From: Azolla caroliniana
Taxonomy: Eukaryota > Plantae > Polypodiophyta
Direction: 5' to 3'
NCBI GenBank assembly: GCA_043228905.1
Contig: JBHGNT010000005.1
Span: forward strand, 2,852,001 to 2,916,000
DNA: 64,000 nucleotides
Below are positions 10,376 to 23,455 of the stretch, one piece after another. A program made the translations under genes and the position numbers. Under the pieces are notes generated by a model. It saw nothing but the letters and a program-made list of their open reading frames with translations. It ran no database searches and was not told the DNA's origin. Numbering within the stretch: the first letter of the stretch is position 1; each line of letters begins with the position of its first letter.

Positions 10376-11746
10376 CCTCGGGTTTCGCTGCCGAGGGCCT
10401 CGCGGTTACGCTTGTGGTTTGGTCGCACCGTTAGGAACTGGACCGAGTGACGCCCGTCCTAGCTCTTGACTCTTGCATAGGCTGAACCGTTGTCCAGCAC
10501 CTTGGTCTCCATCCGTGCCGCCGTGATATATGGTTCTCCCAGTATAACCGGATGCGAGGACGTCTCCTGCACGAAGAAGTGCTGGTCGATCTCGACATCG
10601 CCGATTTTCACCCGTATGTTCGGACAGGCCCCATGTAGTTCTTCCGTGGCGCGCGTTGCTGCCCGTATCTTCCAGCCATGCTTGGTGTTGATCGGCCATT
10701 TACCCTTCTTGTAGAAATCCATGGACATCAGGTTGATTTCGAATCCATGGTCTACCAACGCCACCACTGGTTCGGTAGTCGCCCTGGCCCAATGCGGCTT
10801 CGTGTAGTGGCTTCCCGCTAGCTCAGGCTCCGTCTTCCAGGTGCGTGGTCCGCACTTCCACCGGCTTCTCCGGTTTCGGCTCCGTTGAGAGCCTCTTCCA
10901 CTTCACCAAGTCTACGATAGAGTCGTGGAACTCCCTCTTGGCGATTCCCAACACCTCCCGCAACGACAACTCCACTTTACTGTCGAGGATCCGCTCTTCA
11001 AGGACCTTCCGTAGGTCCGTTGCTCTCTCGATTTCGGTGCTCAACTGAAACCCCGCCTGCTTCTTCCCATCCGGCACCGAAACCGGCTCCTCGAGCCTCC
11101 TCCCCGGGACCGGCCCCGATCCCGACGTGCTTCCGTCGCTCCAATTGTGCCGTTTGTCGAAACGGCTGCAGACCCGTTTTACCACGGCCCAATCCGTCGT
11201 GAGCCCTTCGTCCGTTTCCAGTAGGGGACCCACCTTTTCCTTGTCGAGCGCATCCACCGACTTGACAAACAGCAGCACTCGACTTGTTTCGAGCACCGTC
11301 TGGTCCAGCGTCGACAACCGCGCGAACCGTTTTTCGAACTCCTGGAGGAGCACCGATGTGTTCCTCCCTTTTCCGGGGCTTTCCACCCACACCATGAAGT
11401 CCCGCCTCGACAACCGAAGCGAGTCGTCGAACCCGTACTTCTCGAGGAGCTGCAGCTCGAACTCCTCCCAAGTCTGGCATCCGGCCATCACCTCAAGCAC
11501 CTCCGCATGGATGCCCGGCGTCACCACCCGAGGGAATCTGGACAGTCGCCTATCCACCGGGATATCCCTCATGATCATTTCGGCCCGGTAAGCCTCCAAA
11601 TAACTTGTGGCGTCTTTCCCTCCGAAACGGCCTATAGAGCCGACGATCGATTCAATGGCTCTGTCGAGGATACTCGTTCCCTCACGAGCGCTCACCAGCC
11701 GGTCGACGGCCACCGCCATTGCCTCCGCTAGCTCCGATCCCCTCAT
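10366..11746 (-). pseudogene. A gag-protease with internal deletions
   Basis: ORFs 10823-11746 and 10459-10767 are homologous to E gag-PR; the zinc knuckle region is missing. Confidence 0.88.
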
Positions 11747-11790
11747 CTTTCAACTCCTTTGCCGCCTCTTCATGTTGGGTTCACCAAAGA

Positions 11791-12410
11791 TGTCACGTTA
11801 TTATGCACGTACGTGTGGAAAAGGGCGGGACCATGGGGGTCTTGGACCGAGGAGCGAGAGAGAGAGAGACGGAGAGAGATTCACCGACACGAAAAGCGAG
11901 AAGGAAAGAGATAGAATCGTAACACTTAATTATAATGACAAGAGATTACAATCCCTGACAGTTACAACTGACAAGGCGGCGACGGACCCGACACGGGGAC
12001 CCTACTCACGCACACCGACGACAATCACCCGACTCCAAGAAACAAAGGGAAAAGGGAGCGACTCTGCTGGAAGCACACAGGCTGTCCACGAAGCAGAGGC
12101 AGCGCAGTCCCACAGGCGGCGACGGACCCACAGAGAATGACGGCTCGAGTAGAGAGAGAGCTCGGCTTCCCTTCTGCAGCTGCGCTTCCCCTTCTCCCTC
12201 GCGCGCGATATCCTTCCTTTTCTTACTCCTCTTCCTTTTATTCCTTGTCCCCCTTTGGGATACGCACAATCCCCTCTAATAAATGCGTGTGGCTTAGTAG
12301 TCACATCCACCGGTTCGTGTACAAAGTATCCAGTCACGCGTTCATCCGTGTAGGGGCCGGTTTACGCGCTTTCTCTCCGATTTCACCTATGGCCGGTTTT
12401 CTTCACGACA
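11791..12410 (-). repeat. 5' LTR of A
   Basis: TG...CA; termini resemble B LTR (GGTTTTCTTCACGACA); PBS adjacent; flanked by ACGT. Confidence 0.9.
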
Positions 12411-13200
12411 ACGTAGGTGAGGGTAGGACACTAATATTTACATAAGTGAAGGGTATGTTCACTAATGTTAAAAAGGGGACTAATGTGATTGGATAGAAGG
12501 AATGATAGGTGCATGCATTATCATGATTTGGACAACCAATGAATAGAGAGCCTTTTAGAAAGGCACATCTATTCAAGGGGCCTAGGAAGAGGTATAAATA
12601 TGAGGCTTAGCTACCCTCATAAGGACATTACGTTGGAAGGCTGCCGTCTTAGACACCGGTGGTGTGGGCTAGGCTTTGGTCACAATGATCATGTTTATCT
12701 CTTCCAAGGTATTAGTCATCCTAATATCTAACGGTATGGGACGTCAGTGGTAGGTTGGCTATGTCTAGATCATAGCTCGGGGGTGGAACGAGTTCTTCTA
12801 TCCAATCTATTTTCCTTCTTTTTATATTATTTTGGTCTATTGATTAGTAATAGACTCTTAATAGTTGTGCTAAAAGATACCCCTATAAATCAAACTCCCG
12901 ATCTTAATACTCGTAAAGATGATCCTGAAGAAGATACTGACATTAAGCACAACAACAATAAAAATAATCAACCTAATAATGATAAACCACCGTCACTTTC
13001 ACCCCTACCCCTTACTATCAACCACCCCCCATCAATCCTCATACAAACAATTGACCAATCACCCAATTCATCACCACCAATTGACTAAAACTTGAATGTC
13101 CAAGGTCTGGAAAACTTCATCATGCCCATTTCCACTCTTTGATTCAAGCAAGATCATTCAAATTTTCATTCTACTCTAAATGTTGATATTAGAACCAAAA

Positions 13201-16200
13201 TGTTGTGGGAAGTAATGCGCAGAAGCAAGAGAGGACGTGCCAATGAATGTGCACAACAAACAACACAGAGAATGTGACAGAGGATATGATTGAACCGTAG
13301 ACACAGTTCGAGCTCAAATGGAAGCTTTCTCTATTTCTTATTCTCTCTCTCTCTCACACATACACACTCTCTCTCAGAGACTCAAAATATACAAGAATGT
13401 TCAAGATTAATGTTACAACATTAGGTTGTTTCTTATATACTAAGCCCTAACTATTTGGACGTGTTCACACACTAGGATACAAAGTGGAAGGAGTCGGCTC
13501 GTTATGCCAACAAACTCCCCCGTAATGGGACTACTCTTTCCTATATGTACACGTGATTAGGGTTATCTCCCTCGTAAACCTAGATCACAAAGTTAACCTA
13601 AATTTATATTACAAGTCAGTCGGCATAAAGCCGAGTTAGCGAAGGTGAGGTGGATGTCTAGCTTGATTCGGTTAGCCTCAAGGTTCAGCTGTTTGAGTTG
13701 GTCGAATCAATCGTGCTTGAATCGTCCTTCATTCGAATCGGTCTGATTGTCAAAATCGGCTTGTGTCCGATTCTCGATTTTGACCTTGTGTTGATTGTTC
13801 GTAGCTCGCTCGTTTCTACTCCTGTGCTCCTCGCTGGATCCTTGATCTGTATCCGAGTTCATTCGCCTCTCGATCATTTCCTTTCTAGTCGGTATCCTTG
13901 CTCCATGTACTTGGCCTTTGTGGTAGACAGGGTCATGCACTCTTGGAGCTTTGACCTCCATGATATAGCGTCGCCACTGTAGGTGAAGATGTAGCCTGAT
14001 GTCGACTTTCGATTATCCAAATTCCTAGCATAATCGGAGTCGGTGTAGCCTTTGACTATGGTCGGGTTTGGCGATCTGAAAGTCAGTTGAGCATCTTCGG
14101 TTCCTTTTAGGTACCTGAAAATGTGTTTGACCGCCTCCCAATGCTTCTATCCTGGATTCGACATGTATCGCCTGATGACCCCCACAATATATGCAAGATC
14201 GGGTCTGGTCGCCATCGTCGCATACATGATACTTCCTACTGCCGATGCGTAGGGTATCTTTCCGTTGAGCTCTCTCTCCTTATCAGTCGAGGGAGAGTCT
14301 TTGTCCGATAGTCGGATCGATGTCGGAAGTGGTGTTGGTGCTGGCTTCGCGTTCTCCATGTTAAAGCGCTTCAGTACTTTGCGGATGTAGTCGGACTGGG
14401 AGAGTTGGAGAGTTTTCGTCGCCCGATTTTGCTCGATCCTCATGCCCAATATGTGTCAGGCTTGTCCGAGTTCCTTTGTCGCGAATTTGTCATGAAGGCT
14501 CCTCTTTAACTTTCCAATTTCGGCTTTATTGCATCCTACAATCAACATGTCATCGACGTATAGGATTAGATAGATTCGGGACTCGTTGGCTAGTTGCCGA
14601 GTGTATAAACATGGGTCAGAGTCGGACTGGCTGTAGCCGAGTTGCAGGATGTAGGAGTCAAACTTTTGGTACCACATCCTCGACGCTTGCTTTAAGCCGT
14701 ATAGGCTTTTCTTCAATTGACATATGAGGTGACTTTCTCCCCCATCGCCGAGAAGCCTGCCGGTTGGGACATGTAAATGTCCTCTTCCAAGTCTTTGTGT
14801 AGGAATGTCGTCTTTACGTCGAGTTGCTCAATCTCTAGGTCCTCTGTCGTCATGACCCCGAGTAAAAGCCGAAGGGTGGTCATCTTGACTACTGGAGAGA
14901 ATATCTCATTGTAGTCGACCCCGTGTTCTTGTTTGAATCCCTTCACGATGAGCTGAGCTTTGTACTTAGGCTTCTTTGAGTCAGATACATATTTGTATTA
15001 GAATACCCATTTGCAAGGTAGCGGCTTTCTTCCTGCTGGTAGTTCGACCAACTCCTATGTATTGTTCTCTTTGATCGAGTCCATCTCGGATCTCATGGCT
15101 TGCAGCCATGTTTCGGCATTGGGTGCGACTATAACTTCGTCATATGTGCTTGGTTTGCCTGCATCCGTGTAGTTGATGTACTCGAGGCCTGGTTGATAGA
15201 ACTCTGTCGGCTTTCGATTTCGTCCAGATCTCCTAACTGCCGTAATGATCGGTTCAGATCCTTCGATCGTCTCTGTCGGTCGACCGACATTTGTTGAACC
15301 ACTTATGTAAGGAGTCCTTTCGGATGACTCGCCCCTGTGATAGGATTTCGGCGATGTCACTGCATTCTCCCCTTCTTCGGGATGGAGAGACTTAGCCGAC
15401 TCGTATATGGTTTTCCCTTTGGCCTTGGGTGTCTCAGTCGAGTCGACTTTGTTTCCGATTCACATCTTGACTTTGCCTTTTTCGACTCTTGTGGATTCGG
15501 CTTTGTCTTCAAGTTCGACTTGTGGACCTCCTACCGATTCGGAGTCAACAAGTGTATTGTCAGCTTGGTCGAGTTCAATTGTTTGTTGAATCTCCGATTC
15601 GGCCCGGTGGGTCGGTCTTTCTACAACTTCTTTGTCGATGTCGAAGGAGACCTTTTTGCACACTATTTTCTATTGGTGCCACTTCGAGAGGATAGAGTCT
15701 TCATTGAAGACTACGTCACCGATTCGGATCAATTTTCGATTCTCTGGGTCCCATAGCCAATAGCTGAAATCCCCATCGGTTCCATAACCGAGAAAGATGC
15801 ACTTTGTCGCATGGGGTGCCAACTTGGTCCTCTTTTTCCTGGGGATGAATGCATAAGCTTTGCATCTGAAAATTCGAAGCCTTTCATAGGTCGGCTGTTT
15901 GCTTGACCATAATGCCTGTGGTACTTCGAGTTTAATTGCTTTCGACGGCGATAGATTTATCAAGTAAACTACCATCTGCAATGCTTCGGCCTAGAACTCC
16001 AGCTTCAGTTCGGCTTGTTGGAGCATTGCCGTCATCCTCTCTTGGATCGTTCGGTTGATCCGTTTTGCCACTCCATTTTGCATGGGTGTGTGAGGAACGG
16101 TCTTTTGGTGTCGGATCCCTTTGTCAAATGGGTACTGCTTGAAGGCTCGAGAGGTATATTCGCCTTGGTTGTCGAAACAAAGTGTTTTCACTCTGTGTCC

Positions 16201-16339
16201 CAACCGGTTCTCCACTTCGATTAACCATCAAGCGAAGATCTCGAGTGCTTCGTCTTTCGACATAATCAAATTGGCCCAAATCTTTCATGTACAATCATCG
16301 ACGAACATGATGAAGTACCGGTAGCCACCTAGAGATCTT
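13201..16339 (-). mobile_element. Decayed, 5'-truncated Ty1/Copia element
   Basis: Probable 3' LTR 13201-13512 (TGTTG...CCAACA) with PPT GGGGGAGTT; integrase, RT and RNase H fragments (DNQGEY, QNGVA, QLDVKT, LYGLKQ, YVDD, YASAVGS). Confidence 0.85.
13930..16339 (-). pseudogene. Copia pol (integrase-RT-start of RNase H), many stops and frameshifts
   Basis: ORF pieces 15991-16215, 15670-15981, 14713-14946, 14456-14716, 14147-14449. Confidence 0.88.
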
Positions 16340-16890
16340 TGTTACCCGTAATAATATATGGGGAGGCATAAGGGGTGGAACACGATAATGTGGTTAATGT
16401 GTATGTGTAATGTGTATGAGTGTGTGAGGATGAGTATGTGTATAAACACATGCACATTTGTGTGCATGTGTACAAAAGTGAGAGAGTGGGTCAATAATGT
16501 AACTCCCTGCTTCTCTCATTCTTTTGTAACGGTTACATCATGTACTATATAAACCCCTTATGGGGCATGTAATAGATATATAACTTTTTCCCCTCTCATT
16601 TTGGTGTGCTTCTTATTTTTCCTCTCTCTCTCTCTCTCTCTCAACCCCCTTGGGAGGGGGGTGGATCCATGGGGGGTGGATCCATTCTAGGCTTCAATCC
16701 CACCCATCAACACTTTTGGCAAGCTTGACCGGCCGACCCTCCCTTGAGAGGAAGTCTATCCCTCACTCTCCCTCTCCATCACTAATCTCTATCTATTCTC
16801 TGCGTGTTAGTCTTTGTGTTAGAGAGTGTGATTTGTGTATGGACTCTCTGTGAGAGCCAGCCTATGATGGAGATCACTACCCCTAAGAGG

Positions 16891-16929
<39 letters not shown>

Positions 16930-16980
16930 CTCACACTCATTGTTTGATTTCTATCTATGCAATGGAAACCCTAGACCCTC
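16340..16980 (+). repeat. LTR-like fragment truncating the Copia integrase
   Basis: Starts TGTTACC exactly at the break; TATATAAA box near 16547; (CT)n tracts; 3' end not defined. Confidence 0.4.
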
Positions 16981-17206
16981 AGAGGTTTTGCTGAAGGAGA
17001 ATGAACAGGTTTTGCTGCCCAACGTAGCTTTGCAGAGGTGATTGCCAAAGGAGAAGCTCAAGGCATGGTGAGTAAACCTCTTGGTATTTTGGGGGGCATT
17101 GTGATATCTCATTATTTTGGTCCTTCTGGAACAATGCTTGCGTCCACCTTGTAGTTAGTGGTGCACATATTTTGCAATCTAAGATCATATCAAGCTTCAA
17201 GCATTC

Positions 17207-17400
17207 TTGGGGATCACTATCCCTCTCGTCGCTTTCTGCATCTTGATCCTGTTGTGGCCCGCTCTCACATTCCACAGACTTTTTCTCTGCTTGATCAGCT
17301 CTGTGTTGGAGGAGGACCTTCGCAGGAAGATTGTCATCATCACAGGTGCCTCGTCCAGCCTTAGGGAGGCTTTGGCCTATCTGTATGCCAAAAGGGGTGA
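17207..17400 (+). pseudogene. Fragment of an 11-beta-hydroxysteroid dehydrogenase-like SDR (steroleosin N-terminus)
   Basis: Hydrophobic anchor followed by EDLRRKIVIITGASSSLREALAYLYAKRG, a degenerate TGASSGIG Rossmann motif. Confidence 0.75.
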
Positions 17401-17762
17401 TAGTTTCGCAGATGCAGATAAAGACGTAGAGAAAACTTGTTCTTCTCTCCTCCTCTGTGCCTGCATGCCTGTCTCCTCGCCATGAGTGTCGTCGCCATTG
17501 TTGAAGTTGCGTCTATCCCCAAAGCTTCATTCACAGAGGTCCCCATCTCTACCGCTACTGCTATTGCCAAGAACAACGTCCCTGAGCCTTATTCTTCTCA
17601 TCATCATCCCTCTTATCTTCAGCTCGGCTCTGTCGAAGAAGCTTTAATGGGCTATCAGACCATGAATCGTGAAGGATCAAGTAGTTACACGAGCCTGAAC
17701 AGTCACGTGGATCAGCCAACGCCATGGAACGCGACCTTCCTGCACTATCTCCATGACCTTCT

Positions 17763-18170
17763 TCAAGTTGTTGTATCCTCTCTAGGCGCATGAAGAATAA
17801 CCCTGTCCTCATTGGTGAGCCTGTCGTTGGAAAAACTGCCACTGTTGAAGGGTTGACATAGAGGATTATTGGAGATGATGTTCCAAGAAATCTCTCTGAT
17901 GTGAGAATCATAGCATTGGACATGGGAGCTCTTGTTGTTGGAGCTAAATATCATGGAGAGTTTGAAGAAAGGCTAAAAGCTGTGCTGAAAGAAGTACTAG
18001 AGGGAGGGCAAGGTATCCTGTTCATAGATGAAATTCATCTTGTTCTTGGTGCAGGACACACTAAAGGGTCTATGGAGGTTGCCAATTTCAAGCCAATGCT
18101 TGCACGGGGTAGGTTGAGATGCATAGGAGCCACCACTCTTGAAGAGTACCGGAAGTGTGTAAAGAAAGAC
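17763..18170 (+). pseudogene. HSP101: HSP101/ClpB NBD1 fragment
   Basis: [22 protein letters not shown] (degenerate Walker A), [29 protein letters not shown] (Walker B), [12 protein letters not shown]; in-frame stop. Confidence 0.9.
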
Positions 18171-18208
18171 ATGCGGCCAAGATACACAGCCAAGACGCAT
18201 GGTCGAGA

Positions 18209-20040
18209 CGTCGTGAGGATTCGAGGCCACAGTGCGAAAACCGGGGTTGTAGAGGATATCGGCGTAGTGCACCGTGTGCACTCACCCTTGTAAAAGATGT
18301 ACAAAGGTAGCAGGTGCTTTTAAGGCGCCGAATAGGAGTAATAACAGGACAAAGTATCCCTTGTAATAAGGGATATTTATCACACATTGTTATGCCACTC
18401 CTTCCTTGTGCTATAAAAGGAAGGGAGGGTCTCTTGTGTGGGGGTTGCCCATTTTGAGTTAGGAGGATATACCACTTAGGTTGTTTTCTCTTCTTCTTAC
18501 TTTTGGGTTTCTGTTAGGTCTTCTTCATGTCTGTTTAAGGTTTAGTCCAGTTGAGAGCTCCCATATACTAGGGTTTTCGTTTCTGCCATGTCTCTTGTGC
18601 AAGACCTTGCTTGGCAATAAACAACTATCATAACATGATCTACCAAGGTTTGGCTCAGAGTTGGAGTTATAAATACACATATAAAGGGTTGTGCATATTT
18701 GTCTTTGTTGGTGTCGGGTGCATTTCTTTCTTTTCGTTTCCTGTACATAGGAGGCGTGTGTTCAATCGGTGTTGCGTGCTCTCTCTCTCTCTCTCTCTCC
18801 TTTGTTCGGTAGCCTTTGGTACGCATTCGGAATTGCTCCAGTCTGTGCCACAGCCAACGCAGCCAGGCCAAGAGAGAGTCAGTCTCCCGGTATCATCTCT
18901 CTCTCTCTCTCGTTCGAGACTCTCGTGGTCCCGCCTATTTTTGACAAGTACTCGTGGATTTCCGCGACATCTTTGGTGAACTCGACGTGAAAGGGCGGAA
19001 AGGGAAGATGGAGTCGGAAGACGATGACTTCGTGGAGATGGTGGCCGAAGTGGTGATGGAGTTCGGACGAGTGGTGATGAGATGAGAAGCGGCGCAACAA
19101 GCGGTCGAACGAGTGGTCGAAAGAGTTAGCCGTTTCAACGGGGACAAAGTCCCATTCTACTTGGAGGCCTATAACACGGAGATAGAGATGCGAGGTATTG
19201 ATGAGGCATTGAGGTTGGCGTTCTTCTGTTGCGTCATAGCTGTCCGGATGCACGCGGAGGTAAAGGAGCTTTGAGAAGCTCATAGTTCATGGGAGGCCTT
19301 CGAAGAGGCGCTCCTGCAGGCATACGGAGGACGGCCAAAAAGCCGAGGATGGTGTGACTTCAACCAGTGGTTTGCATCGGCAAAGACCCACCGGGGCGCA
19401 ACGAAGGCGTTTTAGGAGTTTGAGCGGCGCTTTACTTGGCTCCTAGAGTGGGAAAAAAGACTAGTGGGGGTGGACAAAGTCTTGTTGTTTGCTAGGTCGA
19501 TCGATCGAGCGGAACGGAAGGCCATCAGAATTGAGCTCGAAGAAGACGACAGAGCGAATGGCCTTATCGAGGACTGGTCGGAAGTCGAACGAGTATGTCG
19601 ACGGTTGGATGAGGTGGGGTTCGCGACGGTGCGACGATGCGTCAACGAGGAGTCCTAACACGATGTCGACGAAGAAGGATGGGAAACGGCTTGCGAGGAG
19701 GACGAGGATAGAGCCATGGTAGGGAAGGAGGAAGTGAGAGGCGACGCCAAAGGGAGCGGAATCGGAAGTCGACCCGACTGGGGATTGAACTGGTCGGCAT
19801 TTTGATTTGGATGGAGCACGATCCGAATGTGGATTGTGACAGAAACCAGCCCGAGACATGAAAGACAAGGGAGAGGCAGTAGAGTCCGATCGGTAGGGGC
19901 GGTGGAAATTGTGTGCTCCCCCTGTCCTCAAGTGTTGTCCTATGGACAAGACATCGGTTTTAGCCGGCTTCGACTCCCTTCTCCCAAAAAATGTGTGGGT
20001 ATATGTAATTCCTCGCTTGGTAGTCGGAATCGAGATCCAA
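18209..20040 (+). mobile_element. Element H: truncated relative of non-autonomous element D
   Basis: LTR ~18209-18969 ending GCGACA; Trp PBS 18974-18991; gag pseudogene from ATG 19008 closely parallels D 36509 onward; no 3' LTR found. Confidence 0.8.
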
Positions 20041-20046
20041 AAAATT

Positions 20047-20934
20047 TGTCACAACCTTTGAAGTGAAGTCCTTGTGTTGACGAGAAGAGTTTTCCAATAG
20101 GTTAGTTCAGATGTGGCAAAGTCTCGTGTCAGATACTAAAACAAGGATTTGCAAAAAATAGTAAAATAAATATTATATTAAAATTTTGTAATCAATAGTA
20201 AGTTTAACAAAGTGAAAGCACAACGAGAAAATTATCGGCTTTGTTAACATGGAGTAAACAAGAAATATAAGAAGGATAGGAAGAACATAGGAGTAAATTG
20301 AGAGGATAAGGTCACGAGTAGAGCTCTAGGGGGATATTCTTGAGTTTCGGTACAATGTCTCAACGAACGACCACTCGCCTTTTGTCGTTGTTGATCTCGA
20401 ACACCCTATTAATTCGCAACCCTAGTTTTCTCTCTTCGGATTTTGGCAACGCTTTCGTGTCTCTAACTTGTCCCCTCCCAAACAATGAGCCCTCTCCCCT
20501 TTTCTATAGGATTTGAGAGGCTATCTCCTAGATAAAAAAGTTGGTCTTTTTTAATTTTTGAATGCATCACCCTTTTTTTTACTTGTATGCTCTATATCTC
20601 CTTTTGGCGCCTAATGCTAGGAAAAGGGTAATCATAATGTCTACTATCACATTCATTTGTCCACGTAATCTCCTATAGTCCAAGTAGGACCATTTATAGC
20701 ACATGCCTTTACTAATTGAGCTAAGACTTTTTGTTATATTTAACTCCAACTCATTGTATGCCTTTCTTACCACACCCTTGATCTATCATTCAACCTTTTT
20801 AATATTCCTCATTGAACTTAATTTCCCCTATGCTTTTCCCACATCACGACATCGTCTCAACTTTAAACTGTCTTCCACCTTGATCATTTAAAGCTCAAAG
20901 GAGTCTAACTTTGATCCAATGTTGCCTTTTGACA
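20047..20934. repeat. Possible solo or partial LTR
   Basis: TGTCA...TGACA termini and LTR-like composition; no TSD match. Confidence 0.3.
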
Positions 20935-21397
20935 ACTGTTTTGATCGTTTTTGGCAAATTTAACCGTATATGAAGGTTAATTTAAAATGAAACCGTCAAT
21001 CTTGATGAGCATATGTTTTATGAAAACGTAAAAATGAAGGCTTAAAATTTCCCAATACCATCAAATTTTGCTAAGACCAATACAATAGTATTATATTCCC
21101 AGGAACAATGTTAACGTTTCGGTTGCATTGGGACTTTATATAGTTTGTGTAAAAAAAAATGTAAAAAAACTAATGTTTGTCTAAATTATGAATCTCCTCT
21201 TCCCGAATTCCCACCTAAGACCTTCCTTTCCCTTTTCCCCCCTTTCCTCCCTTTTCCCCTTATTTGTTCGTTGCTCCCTCGGCCCTGCACCTTGCAGGAA
21301 GCTTGCTGCTTACTATCCCTACTCAAAGCTTGTTGCTCGTTGCTTGCTACTCATAGATTCAACAACATCTCGATTCTCCTGCTCACCCATCTAAGGT

Positions 21398-21443
<46 letters not shown>
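21398..21443. repeat. (CT)n microsatellite
   Basis: Long perfect CT run. Confidence 0.9.
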
Positions 21444-21446
<3 letters not shown>

Positions 21447-21737
21447 ATTTGAAAAAGCTTTTGCATATAATATTGAATGGAGTAGTGGCAAAGGCTTCCT
21501 AAGCAATGAATTAGTTCACCATGTTACTAATAGCCTCTCTTTTTTTGGGTATTTTGACAAACAATATAGTTTGCTTGCTATACCATAAGATATAACAACT
21601 CTTTCACTTTTACAAACTAATGGAATATGCAATGGTTTAACGAGTTTTCTTTTTAAAAAAATGAGTTAAATAACTGTGAAAACATATTATGGTTTCCACA
21701 ATTTCATTCTCATCTAAAGCTACTATCAAATGTCATT

Positions 21738-22690
21738 TTACTTTGAGTTGTCTAGTAATAAAGGAACAACTGAATTATAGTGTTCATCAAGCCCGAAAGC
21801 ATGACGATGATATGAGAGCCGGAGGGTAGAATTCATATTTTTGCCATATTGTTTACCCATTTCAACCTCAAGAAGGCTGCTTGAGTACGCAATTATATGC
21901 TTTTGTAAAGAGTGTGCAAGAGCATCCAATTCTAGATGTCCTCCCCATGATGCCATTGACTCAACCTGATGACAATATCTCTCAAATACAACTTCGTCGT
22001 TCTCATTAACATCATTTTGATCAGTATCCCCTACCATAACAAATGGAGCAAATCTTTGGCATGACTCTGCATATAAGATGCTGCTATCTCTCTCAATTTT
22101 TGGAATGAGAACTGTATAGAAGAAGTATCTAGGTAGAGTGCTAGTTGATCCTCTAATGCTCTATACAAGCAATGCCCATCCGGCTTCATCTCCTTCAGTG
22201 CTAACCTGAGTGGTCGTAGCTTTCCTTCAAGCAATTCGTTTTCCACCATCCGATCACTCACCACATTGTTTTGCTCTTCTTGAATTCTTTGTTCTCTTTC
22301 AGCTTCTTGGTTTTCTCTCTTGTCACGCCTTTTTTGGGCTTTCGTTGGTTTTAGTGGTTAAGTTCCAGATGAAGTAGAAATACCACCAAATTCTTTTACT
22401 AGTCCATCACCACTGGTATTGCTCTCCTCTTTATTGGCTCCTAATTCTGACAACTCCTTTGCATGTCTCTCACACATATTTGTCTCTTGCTTCAAAATAT
22501 CTTCTTCCACCTGTCTTTTCTTTGCCTTTTGTTCTGCTTTGCTCCCTTTTGCTACTACTTTTTTTAGAGCTATCTCTCGGTTTTGAAGTTCTTTGATCTC
22601 TTTCTGATGGCGAGACAAGATTTGATCTCGAGAAGAAGATCATGATCACGAAGAAGATGATCATATGAGGCAACGATGATGATGGTCTTC
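21738..22690 (-). pseudogene. OTU-domain deubiquitinase (OTUD6B / plant OTU5-like) pseudogene
   Basis: Charged N-terminal helix (SRHQKEIKELQ), catalytic [27 protein letters not shown]; in-frame TAA at 22358 and a 1-bp frameshift near 22050; no introns in the coding part. Confidence 0.9.
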
Positions 22691-23455
22691 TATCTTTCTT
22701 GAGTGGCCAATAACATGAATTCTGGAACTAGAGACAATAGAATAGAATTCATTCTTTATCGTTCATAGGAGATGGGGTATTTAGGTTTATTGCATTTGGG
22801 ATGTAGTAAACTCATAGCATCCAAAATTTGGCTTCTAAGGATTTTTAGCTAAAATGAGCTAATGATCATGTTCTTTCATGATACAATGATCATTTGGGGT
22901 GTATTGCTTAGACAACTTGTGAAAGAATTTAAAAGTTGTTAAAGTATAAAGCCTATGACAAAGGATTAACCCACATTATTCTATATGAGATTCAAATCTT
23001 ATTACTTCGGGTGTGGATCCATCAATAAGGGCAGAAGTTTGGGAATTTCTTATTGGATGTTGTGTAGTAGATAGCACACACTTAGAGTGTGTTGCAATTC
23101 GAAAGTCTCATAGATGTCAATCTCTTAACCTTACCTAATCTCTCATATTTCATACAAATTCTACATGACCCTTGTTTGTGGAGTTGTGATAGTAACATGC
23201 TAATATGGACATATGACTAAGTTTTGGATGCTTGGAGTTGTATGTCATTACTCATATCCTAGAGATTATCCTTTTCGCTTCAAGGTATAATCAACAAAGT
23301 ATGATCTTTCTGCCAAAGAGAATTATACTCATGTAAAATCTCATTGCTCAATAGGTCATAACTAATATGTATGGGTTTAATGATGCTAGTGATTGTTTTG
23401 AACTGATGGCATGATCTTTTCTTACATGATCCATTTCTTCTTATTCAGCATAATT

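Larger units (their letters stand above)
1..12410 (-). mobile_element. Element A: decayed Ty3/Gypsy LTR retrotransposon (Trp-primed group), 3' end outside window, interrupted by element B
   Basis: 5' LTR 11791-12410 (TGTCAC...CACGACA); degenerate tRNA-Trp PBS 11769-11786; gag-PR 11746-10366; pol pieces 10375-8903 and 1582-1 rejoin exactly across B. Confidence 0.92.

Noticed and set aside
12415-13200. Possible LTR and gag start of another element hosting A
   Set aside because: TATA-like box and low-complexity ORF only; no termini or recognisable domain
18205-18215. Sixth CpG target site at the left end of H
   Set aside because: LTR start is degenerate (CGTCGTGAGG) and no right flank exists, so the TSD cannot be read
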